IMG/VR virus record: IMGVR_UViG_3300037313_000650
Reading direction: 5' to 3' (one strand)
DNA from: a virus
Lineage: Duplodnaviria; Heunggongvirae; Uroviricota; Caudoviricetes
DNA length: 64,000 bases
The notes under the pieces are model-generated. The model ran no database searches, was not told where the DNA came from, and worked only from the letters and a program-made list of their open reading frames with translations. Made by a program: the position numbers and the translations under genes. Numbering within the stretch: the first letter of the stretch is position 1; every line of letters starts with the position of its first letter. Shown one piece after another: positions 39,223-44,778 of this stretch.

Positions 39223-39266
39223 ATTACAATACAATAATACAAAATATTATTTAATCTGCCAAATTT
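39223..39266 (-). promoter_or_regulatory. conserved 44-bp promoter-like motif, copy 1 (Bacteroidetes-type -33 TTTG / -7 TAnnTTTG-like)
   Basis: Minus strand reads AAATTTGGCAGATTAAATAATATTTTGTATTATTGTATTGTAAT. Same motif and spacing as the copies at 42991 and 44211. Overlaps the stop codon of the upstream gene. Confidence 0.5.
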
Positions 39267-39546
39267 ATTTTCTTTCTTGTACAGGGTGTCTCATTAATAT
39301 AGATATTGCTATAGCTGCAATTATTCTTACTTCCTCTAATGCTTTTTCCGAATCTTTAGAAAGAATATATTCTTTAGCCTGTATTGCACGATTGGTTAAA
39401 CTATTAACCCTCTCATCTAAGGGTGTTGGTGGTACATGTGGACCTTTGCCACTTCCCCAATGTTTTTCCTGCCATTTGATTTCATTTTTTAGAATTCTCA
39501 AAGATTCTAAAGATTCAATAGCATCAATAAATTTTTTGTTATCCAT
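39265..39546 (-). CDS. hypothetical protein (93 aa)
   Basis: ORF with protein-like composition. The overlapping plus-strand ORF 39203..39562 looks spurious. Confidence 0.5.
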   Translation of the reverse strand: MDNKKFIDAIESLESLRILKNEIKWQEKHWGSGKGPHVPPTPLDERVNSLTNRAIQAKEYILSKDSEKALEEVRIIAAIAISILMRHPVQERK

Positions 39547-39558
39547 AAATATTAGATT

Positions 39559-40554
39559 TTAAAAGAAGCCTTTTATACCCTTCATATCCTTATTATCCTC
39601 ATCCCTTTGTTTAAAATATTCTTGAATCTGTCTTTTCAATTCTGGACTTCTATCTGTAAGCTGATATATCCCATTCCAATCTTTCTTTAAATCCAGAGAA
39701 GGTGTGAATTTATTTTCAACAAGGATTTGCCATCTATCTTTATATCGTCTATTAACCTTAGCTCCATGAAAGTTATGAATCAATCCACCTTTCATATAAC
39801 CTATATTCTTTTTGATATATTTTAAAGCTCTATCTTGCCATATCTTAAGCATCTCTTTATATTCTTGCTGCACTTTACCATTAACTGATTTCTGCCAATC
39901 ACCAATTAAACATCTTGCCATATGATTATCTCCAGAACCAAGAATAGCCCAATCAATTAACCCACCTAAATCAGAAATAGCTTTCCTTGTAGCTGCCCAT
40001 GCATATCCAGTATGCCACGAATTAGGTCTTCTCCATTTACCGTTGTAACAGTTATTTTCAGCAACACCATTAATATAATCGTGTACAAATCCCGTACTCA
40101 TTGAAAATGGTACATAGTCTGAATCAACATCTATAGCCACTTCAAACATCTGTATCACATCATAGTGCTGTAGCTGATGAATACATTCTCCTACCCAATC
40201 AGGTCTTATAAACTGTATATCTGCATCTATCCAAGCAACATATTCCCAATCAGCAGGAAGCCTCTGAATAGCCAAATTAATCATGTTTTCCTTTATCCAG
40301 ATTTCATGATTGGTCTGTACTTTAATTACTGTATGTTTAGGAGAGGGATGTTCTTCTATTACATGACTTCTTTCACCAAAAGAACATTCAATTGTAACAA
40401 GGTGGGCTTCATCATTTGAAAGTACGTAATGTTCAAAATCTTCATACAACTTCCATCTTTGTCTATATCTTTGAGGATTGAATACGGGAGCAATTACATA
40501 TAGGGGTGTATTTACTTTATCATATCTATGAAAGTTGGATATTTGATTTTTCAT
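39559..40554 (-). CDS. putative GT-A-fold glycosyltransferase-like protein (331 aa) with a DXD motif
   Basis: VAWIDADIQFIRPDW (hydrophobic run, then DxD) and a conserved upstream acidic/His region. Embedded in the tRNA array. Fold assignment is tentative. Confidence 0.4.
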   Translation of the reverse strand: MKNQISNFHRYDKVNTPLYVIAPVFNPQRYRQRWKLYEDFEHYVLSNDEAHLVTIECSFGERSHVIEEHPSPKHTVIKVQTNHEIWIKENMINLAIQRLPADWEYVAWIDADIQFIRPDWVGECIHQLQHYDVIQMFEVAIDVDSDYVPFSMSTGFVHDYINGVAENNCYNGKWRRPNSWHTGYAWAATRKAISDLGGLIDWAILGSGDNHMARCLIGDWQKSVNGKVQQEYKEMLKIWQDRALKYIKKNIGYMKGGLIHNFHGAKVNRRYKDRWQILVENKFTPSLDLKKDWNGIYQLTDRSPELKRQIQEYFKQRDEDNKDMKGIKGFF

Positions 40555-40597
40555 ACATATTAAATATACAAAAAATATTTCAAAATACCAAAAATAG

Positions 40598-40669
40598 TGG
40601 AGGATACGGAATTCGAATCCGTACTGCTAGAATGCAAATCTAGTGTGCAGCCAATAACACTTATCCCCC
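40598..40669 (-). tRNA. tRNA-Ala(TGC)
   Basis: Acceptor GGGGGAT/ATCCTCC with the G3:U70 Ala identity pair. Anticodon stem CTAGA/TCTAG with loop tTTGCat. T-arm ACGGA-TTCGAAT-TCCGT. Confidence 0.7.
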
Positions 40670-40676
40670 ACTATAT

Positions 40677-40967
40677 CTACTTCCTTCTATATTTAGGGTC
40701 ACTACCCCAGAATCTATAGTCACAAATATCATATTGATTTGTGATAGTTCTATAGTGTGGAATTACTGGTTCCATAGGAAGATGCCAGTAATCTTCATAT
40801 CTATTTCTTTTGTAGAAATAGAATTCCATTTCATTCCATTCAGGAAACATTGTTTTACGATATTCAGTAAGGATTTGCCTTACCCTTCTTCTCATCTTCC
40901 TAGCATGAATCTCTTTCATACCTGAAGTGTGGTCTTTACACAAAGGAGTTCTGTAACTTCTGCTCAT
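40677..40967 (-). CDS. small basic hypothetical protein (96 aa)
   Basis: ORF between tRNA-Ala and tRNA-Ile. Arg/Lys-rich. Confidence 0.4.
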   Translation of the reverse strand: MSRSYRTPLCKDHTSGMKEIHARKMRRRVRQILTEYRKTMFPEWNEMEFYFYKRNRYEDYWHLPMEPVIPHYRTITNQYDICDYRFWGSDPKYRRK

Positions 40968-41025
40968 AGTAACTAAATTTTAGTTACAAGGCATCAAATA
41001 CTTTTTTCATGATTAAATATTTAAG

Positions 41026-41097
41026 TGCTCAAGCCAAGATTCGAACTTGGAACCTTCATCGTATCAGGATGACCGTCCACCATTGACATACATGAGC
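41026..41097 (-). tRNA. tRNA-Ile(GAT)
   Basis: Acceptor GCTCATG/CTTGAGC (one mismatch). Anticodon stem TCATC/GATGA with loop cTGATac. T-arm CCAAG-TTCGAAT-CTTGG. Confidence 0.65.
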
Positions 41098-41106
41098 ATT
41101 ATAAAG

Positions 41107-41181
41107 TGGACTCTATAGGGATCGAACCTATGTATCTCTTGATTATGAGTCAAGTGCCTTCACCAACTTGGCTAAGAGTCC
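41107..41181 (-). tRNA. tRNA-Met(CAT), elongator type or Ile2
   Basis: Acceptor GGACTCT/AGAGTCC. Anticodon stem CTTGA/TCAAG with loop cTCATaa. T-arm ATAGG-TTCGATC-CCTAT. Confidence 0.65.
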
Positions 41182-41275
41182 ATTTGTACTATACTCCTCC
41201 TTCAGTGGTGACTGAATCACAACTTAGCCTCAGTTGCTTCGTAGATAGATTCTACAGAGGGTATAGTACTATATG

Positions 41276-41348
41276 CAGAGAGTGGGGGATTCGAACCCCA
41301 GACCTTTTGCGTGACAAGCAAATATGCAGCCGTTACACCACACCCTCC
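41276..41348 (-). tRNA. tRNA-Asp(GTC)
   Basis: Anticodon stem TTTGC/GCAAA with loop tTGTCac. T-loop TTCGAAT. Acceptor GGAGGGT/ACTCTCT with two G:U pairs. Confidence 0.55.
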
Positions 41349-41354
41349 ATATTG

Positions 41355-41426
41355 TATTCCTGAACGGAGTCGAACCGTCATCTTTGGCGTGAAAAGCCAA
41401 CGAACTAACCATTATTCTACAGGAAC
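41355..41426 (-). tRNA. tRNA-Glu(TTC)
   Basis: Acceptor GTTCCTG/CAGGAAT. D-stem GAAT/GTTC. Anticodon stem TTGGC/GCCAA with loop tTTTCac. T-arm GACGG-TTCGACT-CCGTT. Confidence 0.65.
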
Positions 41427-41489
41427 ATGAAACATCAGACCGTATGCCCCTAAGCACCGCTAAGGCTTTCTAATTCCACATCTGATGTG

Positions 41490-41565
41490 TGCAGCATGTC
41501 GGACTCGAACCGACTAATTCCCCCTGTTTGGAAGACAGGTATGCAACCAGTTACACCTATGCTGC
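41490..41565 (-). tRNA. tRNA-Gly(TCC)
   Basis: Acceptor GCAGCAT/ATGCTGC. Anticodon stem CCTGT/ACAGG with loop cTTCCaa. T-arm GTCGG-TTCGAGT-CCGAC. Confidence 0.65.
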
Positions 41566-41688
41566 AATTTGCTAGGTCAACCACTTTCCCTAGCTTGGTG
41601 ACTTGAGGGTTTTTGATTAATTCCGCAGAGTTGTCACTTTACCCTAAACTCCGAATGGCGGTTAACGTGATTACCGAAACGTAGAACT

Positions 41689-42171
41689 TTAAGCAGCTTC
41701 TTTCAAAGCTTCTTCTATATTAAACATATTGCTTCTCTTTCTGCATTCATGGTTAGCTGCTCTTGTAGCTATCATATCTTCAGATTTGAATCTTGCATTA
41801 TGATAACCTTTAAAAGAACTAACCAGATTAGAAGAAAGTGTTTTCTTTAGATCATTATAGTCAAACTCCAGAATAGGACTTACAGGAAGTTCATCTGTAA
41901 GTAATCTAGCAGCTTCCAGAGTTCTCATACCCTCATCATAAAGTCTCATATACTCTACCTTCACTCTATCTACTTCTTCCTTAAATACAATATAATGTGC
42001 TCCTCTAGTGCCATATCTGTAACAGATTGTAGTGGCGTATATTGTATTAGCTTCAGTTTGAGAATCTGTTCCAATATGTATTTTTAGGTCAGGATATAGA
42101 TTCAATTGTTCTAACGTATGTTTTATGATATTTACGTATGAACCATCCACTTTTTTAAAATACCTTTCCAT
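41689..42171 (-). CDS. hypothetical protein (160 aa) embedded in the tRNA array. Possible RNase H-like or RuvC-like fold.
   Basis: ORF. KIHIGTDSQTEANTIYATTIC loosely resembles the first strand-Asp motif of RuvC/YqgF-like nucleases. Weak. Confidence 0.4.
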   Translation of the reverse strand: MERYFKKVDGSYVNIIKHTLEQLNLYPDLKIHIGTDSQTEANTIYATTICYRYGTRGAHYIVFKEEVDRVKVEYMRLYDEGMRTLEAARLLTDELPVSPILEFDYNDLKKTLSSNLVSSFKGYHNARFKSEDMIATRAANHECRKRSNMFNIEEALKEAA

Positions 42172-42188
42172 TGGACAACAATTTAAAG

Positions 42189-42260
42189 TTTCGGAGGCAG
42201 GATTTGCACCTGCGACTAAGAGCTTATGAGACTCTTCTGCTACTACTGCATCACTCCGAA
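42189..42260 (-). tRNA. atypical tRNA with anticodon CAT (Met/Ile2-like) and a non-canonical T-loop TGCAAAT
   Basis: Acceptor TTCGGAG/CTCCGAA. Anticodon stem AGAGT/GCTCT with loop cTCATaa. T-stem GCAGG/CCTGC. T54-G55-C56 replaces the usual T-psi-C. Confidence 0.45.
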
Positions 42261-42268
42261 ATGTTTAG

Positions 42269-42339
42269 CTGCCCTGCTGAGAATTGAACTCAGACCTCAA
42301 TGTTAACAGCATTTTGCTCGACCTTCGAGCTACAGGGCA
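42269..42339 (-). tRNA. tRNA-Asn(GTT)
   Basis: Acceptor TGCCCTG/CAGGGCA. D-stem GCTC/GAGC. Anticodon loop cTGTTaa. T-arm CTGAG-TTCAATT-CTCAG. Confidence 0.6.
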
Positions 42340-42343
42340 TTAG

Positions 42344-42415
42344 TACACCGTACTAGGGTCGAACTAGTAACCTACTGCTTAGAAGGCAGTTGCTCTTCCA
42401 TTGAGCTAACGGTGC
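42344..42415 (-). tRNA. tRNA-Arg(TCT)
   Basis: Acceptor GCACCGT/ACGGTGT (G1:U72). D-stem GCTC/GAGC. Anticodon stem ACTGC/GCAGT with loop cTTCTaa. T-arm ACTAG-TTCGACC-CTAGT. Confidence 0.65.
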
Positions 42416-42472
42416 AAAGAGTGCAGTTGACTTCTAGCTGTCATGTGGTTACTGCACGTTTTATCCACTTTG

Positions 42473-42545
42473 TAGTTCCTATAGGATTCGAACCTATGAC
42501 TATCTCCTTGTAATGGAGCTACGCTACCAACTGCGCCAAGGAACT
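42473..42545 (-). tRNA. tRNA-Val(TAC)
   Basis: Acceptor AGTTCCT/AGGAACT. D-stem GCGC/GCGT. Anticodon loop aTTACaa. T-arm ATAGG-TTCGAAT-CCTAT. Confidence 0.65.
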
Positions 42546-42720
42546 ATTTTATTTCCCAAGTATATTTTTTATCTGCATCTATAATCATGATGTGATCTTT
42601 GGGATAATATTTTCGTTGAGTCATATTAAACCTTCTCCAAGATTTAAGCTCTAATTTTCTTAATTTTGATAATCTGATTATCATATATCAAATATAAGAA
42701 CTATTTTAATTATTTCAAAG

Positions 42721-42791
42721 TGCTCCCTAATGGAATCGAACCAGTATCCCTAAATTAAAAGTTTAGTATTCTACCATTGAACTAAGAGAGC
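42721..42791 (-). tRNA. tRNA-Lys(TTT)
   Basis: Acceptor GCTCTCT/AGGGAGC (one G:U). Anticodon stem CTAAA/TTTAG with loop cTTTTaa. T-loop TTCGATT. Confidence 0.65.
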
Positions 42792-42796
42792 TATGA

Positions 42797-42835
42797 GTAA
42801 AAAGAAAAACCCCAAAGCTCTTTTCAGCCTTGGGG
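42797..42835 (-). terminator. hairpin plus U-run upstream of tRNA-Lys
   Basis: Minus strand reads CCCCAAGGCTGAAAAGAGCTTTGGGG followed by TTTTTCTTTTTAC. It ends 6 nt before the tRNA-Lys 5' end. Confidence 0.5.
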
Positions 42836-42861
42836 TCTTCTTTTATCTTTAGATGTTTCTG

Positions 42862-42969
42862 TTATTTTCCACCACAACCGCAACCACCACCAGATAATAG
42901 AAGCCCCAAGGCAATCTTCTCGTTGCCTCTCGCTTCAATATTATCCACTATCATATATAGGTATGACAT
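42862..42969 (-). CDS. possible 35-aa Gly/Cys-tailed peptide (MSYLYMIVDNIEARGNEKIALGLLLSGGGCGCGGK) in the leader transcript
   Basis: ATG 16 nt downstream of the predicted start of promoter copy 2. Stop is 25 nt before the hairpin. Too short to be in the ORF track. Could be non-coding. Confidence 0.15.
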   Translation of the reverse strand: MSYLYMIVDNIEARGNEKIALGLLLSGGGCGCGGK

Positions 42970-42990
42970 TTTGTGCGGTGTTAAATTTTA

Positions 42991-43034
42991 ATTACAATAC
43001 AATATTACAAAAAATATTCCAGATTACCAAATTT
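42991..43034 (-). promoter_or_regulatory. conserved 44-bp promoter-like motif, copy 2
   Basis: Minus strand reads AAATTTGGTAATCTGGAATATTTTTTGTAATATTGTATTGTAAT. Identical end-to-end spacing to copies 1 and 3. Confidence 0.5.
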
Positions 43035-43050
43035 CTATAGAATTATTTTT

Positions 43051-43221
43051 TTACCAAGTAGTAATTGACTGTCTATAAGACCTACTCATAACTTTAAACC
43101 TGTTAGAATTTTTAAATCTCCTTACTGTAGTTTCAGAAAGACCTAATTTTTCTGCTAATCTTTCATTACCCCATTTAATATAACCGGGATTGTTGATTAA
43201 AAAGTTTTCAATTTTTTTCAT
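43051..43221 (-). CDS. small helix-turn-helix protein (56 aa, MKKIENFLINNPGYIKWGNERLAEKLGLSETTVRRFKNSNRFKV...)
   Basis: ATG at 43221 and stop at 43051. LAEKLGLSETTVRRF is a canonical HTH segment. Below the ORF-track size cutoff. Confidence 0.4.
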   Translation of the reverse strand: MKKIENFLINNPGYIKWGNERLAEKLGLSETTVRRFKNSNRFKVMSRSYRQSITTW

Positions 43222-43307
43222 ATTTAAATATATTTAGTACACTAAAATACACAAAGTATTTGAAAGTATATTAAATATATTGTTAAAAGAACACCTAAAA
43301 GGAGTCG

Positions 43308-43381
43308 AACCCCATAGAGGACTCGAACCTCTACATCTCCTGATTCGTATTCAGGTGCATTTCCAGTTTTGCTAATGGGGC
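43308..43381 (-). tRNA. tRNA-Arg(ACG)
   Basis: Acceptor GCCCCAT/ATGGGGT (G1:U72). Anticodon stem CCTGA/TCAGG with loop aTACGaa. T-arm AGAGG-TTCGAGT-CCTCT. Confidence 0.6.
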
Positions 43382-43404
43382 ATTATGTCTAATTCTATGA
43401 CAAT

Positions 43405-43476
43405 TTACACGAGGGAGTACGATTCCCTAACCTCCAGAGCCGTAATCTGGTGTTCTGACCATTGAACTACAGGTGC
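43405..43476 (-). pseudogene. degenerate tRNA-like element, a duplicate with anticodon ACG, lacking a pairable acceptor stem
   Basis: Perfect D-arm (TA-GTTC-AATGGTCA-GAAC) and anticodon arm (CCAGA-tTACGgc-TCTGG). The T-loop is AATCGTA/ATCGTAC rather than TTCGA. The 3' end cannot pair with 5' GCACCTG. Confidence 0.35.
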
Positions 43477-43479
43477 TTA

Positions 43480-43553
43480 TGGGGTGGAAGTGGGTATCGA
43501 ACCCTAGCCTTCTCCTTCACAGGGAGCTATTCTACCATTAAACTACATCCACC
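43480..43553 (-). tRNA. tRNA-His(GTG) with encoded G-1 and a 3' CCA
   Basis: 5' G-GTGGATG pairs with CTTCCAC-C (G-1:C73). Anticodon stem GCTCC/GGAGA with loop cTGTGaa. T-loop TTCGATA. Terminal CCA present in the DNA. Confidence 0.55.
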
Positions 43554-43560
43554 ATTTTAA

Positions 43561-43633
43561 GTTCCCAACCAAAGATTCGAACTTTGACAATGAGTGCCAA
43601 AAACTCATGTGCTACCGTTACACCAATTGGGAA
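43561..43633 (-). tRNA. tRNA-Gln(TTG)
   Basis: Acceptor TTCCCAA/TTGGGAA. Anticodon stem TGAGT/ACTCA with loop tTTTGgc. T-arm AAAG-TTCGAAT-CTTT. Confidence 0.6.
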
Positions 43634-43637
43634 TATG

Positions 43638-43709
43638 CACGTATGGAGAGATTCGAACTCCCACCAACGGTTTTGGAGACCGTCATACTACCATTATACT
43701 ACACACGTA
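43638..43709 (-). tRNA. tRNA-Trp(CCA)
   Basis: Acceptor ACGTGTG/CATACGT (one G:U). Anticodon stem ACGGT/ACCGT with loop cTCCAaa. T-arm GGGAG-TTCGAAT-CTCTC. Confidence 0.6.
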
Positions 43710-43749
43710 TATGAGCCGTTTTATAGTCTTTCCTGCTCAGGACTTTAAG

Positions 43750-43822
43750 TGGTAATGAGCAGAATCGAACTGCTGACACCCAGATTTTCAGTCTGGTGCT
43801 CTACCAACTGAGCTACATTACC
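43750..43822 (-). tRNA. tRNA-Phe(GAA)
   Basis: Acceptor GGTAATG/CATTACC. D-arm GCTC-AGTTGGTA-GAGC. Anticodon stem CCAGA/TCTGG with loop cTGAAaa. T-arm AGCAG-TTCGATT-CTGCT. Confidence 0.75.
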
Positions 43823-43826
43823 ATAG

Positions 43827-43898
43827 AGGCCAAACAGGTGATCGAAACCTGAACCCATGTTTACAAGACACGTATTTTGCCACTTAAACTATTCGGCC
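43827..43898 (-). tRNA. tRNA-Thr(TGT)
   Basis: Acceptor GGCCGAA/TTTGGCC (one G:U). Anticodon stem CGTGT/ACATG with loop cTTGTaa. T-arm CAGGT-TTCGATC-ACCTG. Confidence 0.6.
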
Positions 43899-43904
43899 TT
43901 ATAG

Positions 43905-43980
43905 AGGTCAAGAAGGGAATCAAACCCTTGTTTCTAGGTTTTGCAGACCTATGCCCATATCAACATTGACGACTTGACCA
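43905..43980 (-). tRNA. tRNA-Cys(GCA)
   Basis: Acceptor GGTCAAG/CTTGACC. Anticodon stem TAGGT/ACCTA with loop cTGCAaa. T-arm AAGGG-TTTGATT-CCCTT. Enlarged D-region. Confidence 0.55.
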
Positions 43981-43984
43981 TATG

Positions 43985-44060
43985 TATAGGTGGTGAGATT
44001 CGAACTCACGACCCCAAGCTCCCAAAGCTTGTGCGCTAACCGGACTACGCTACACCTATA
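43985..44060 (-). tRNA. tRNA-Pro(TGG)
   Basis: Acceptor ATAGGTG/CACCTAT. D-stem GCGT/GCGC. Anticodon stem CAAGC/GCTTG with loop tTTGGga. T-arm GTGAG-TTCGAAT-CTCAC. Confidence 0.6.
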
Positions 44061-44093
44061 TAAAATAAAAATCCCCACATTTCTGTGAGGATT
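44061..44093 (-). terminator. hairpin plus U-run immediately abutting the tRNA-Pro 5' end
   Basis: Minus strand reads AATCCTCACAGAAATGTGGGGATT followed by TTTTATTTTA. The next nucleotide is tRNA-Pro position 1. Confidence 0.5.
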
Positions 44094-44210
44094 CTGTATC
44101 GTTGAAAAGCTGTAAACTATTTCATTATCGGACATACAATACATGAACCCTCACATGTGCCAAAGGGACACTGCGTAAACGGTTGCCATGTATGTGTACG
44201 ATTCATTTTC

Positions 44211-44254
44211 ATTACAATACAATAATACTAAATTTATTTGAAACTACCAAATTT
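44211..44254 (-). promoter_or_regulatory. conserved 44-bp promoter-like motif, copy 3
   Basis: Minus strand reads AAATTTGGTAGTTTCAAATAAATTTAGTATTATTGTATTGTAAT. TTTG, then about 20 nt, then TATTATTG resembles the Bacteroidetes sigma-A -33/-7 consensus. Confidence 0.5.
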
Positions 44255-44690
44255 AATTTAATAAAAACATTACAGTAGTATTCCACATTGCATGTACAGC
44301 TACAGAAGACCAATAAGAATACTTATTCTGAATATATACCCAACAAAGTACCATACCCAATACACCTTGCATAAATAGTGAAAATATACCACCATCATGA
44401 GCAAATCCAAATTCAATAGAGCTAAATATAGCTGCTACCATAAGTAATTCCCCACCTGCATTAAACTGTTTATCTAAATATTTACCTAATGTAAGTGGTA
44501 ATTTTCTATAGTATAATTCTTCCCATAAAGGAGCTATTATACATGTCATAGATATTTCTAATATAGATTTATCAGTATCATTATCTCCATATACAGGTTG
44601 ACCAACTAATTTAGCCATAAACCACGCAATGAAGAATGACCATAATACAAATGCTACATAACCAATTGTGATGTTTTTAATTTTATTCAT
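44253..44690 (-). CDS. CPBP-family (CAAX protease / Abi, PF02517-like) intramembrane metalloprotease homologue (145 aa)
   Basis: All three family motifs are present in order: PLWEELYYR (EExxxR), FGFAH (FxxxH), HAMWN (HxxxN). Hydrophobic segments consistent with about 4 TM helices. Confidence 0.65.
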   Translation of the reverse strand: MNKIKNITIGYVAFVLWSFFIAWFMAKLVGQPVYGDNDTDKSILEISMTCIIAPLWEELYYRKLPLTLGKYLDKQFNAGGELLMVAAIFSSIEFGFAHDGGIFSLFMQGVLGMVLCWVYIQNKYSYWSSVAVHAMWNTTVMFLLN

Positions 44691-44708
44691 GGTGGAAGAG
44701 TTTTATAA

Positions 44709-44740
44709 TTAGAAATAAAAAGGGCTGTAGAAACAGCCCT
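44709..44740 (-). terminator. intrinsic terminator (GTAGAAAC-loop hairpin family)
   Basis: Minus strand reads AGGGCTGTTTCTACAGCCCT followed by TTTTATTTCT, directly after the stop of the 367-aa fibre-like gene. Confidence 0.55.
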
Positions 44741-44778
44741 ATAACATATCAGTAGCAAACCAACAAAGCCTACTGTGT

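Noticed and set aside
39203-39562. Plus-strand 119-aa ORF overlapping the minus-strand 93-aa gene
   Set aside because: The minus-strand frame gives a charged, helical, protein-like sequence consistent with the operon orientation. The plus frame is hydrophobic low-complexity.
42546-42720. Additional tRNA or gene in the 175-nt gap between tRNA-Val and tRNA-Lys
   Set aside because: No cloverleaf with a TTCGA-type T-loop, no ORF longer than a few codons. Treated as an AT-rich spacer.
38256-44060. Stop-codon reassignment or suppressor tRNAs, as seen in some crAss-like and Lak phages
   Set aside because: No tRNA with anticodon CTA, TCA or TTA. Ser(TGA) and Leu(TAA) are ordinary sense-codon readers with class-II structure. 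Multi-kilobase ORFs are intact under the standard code.
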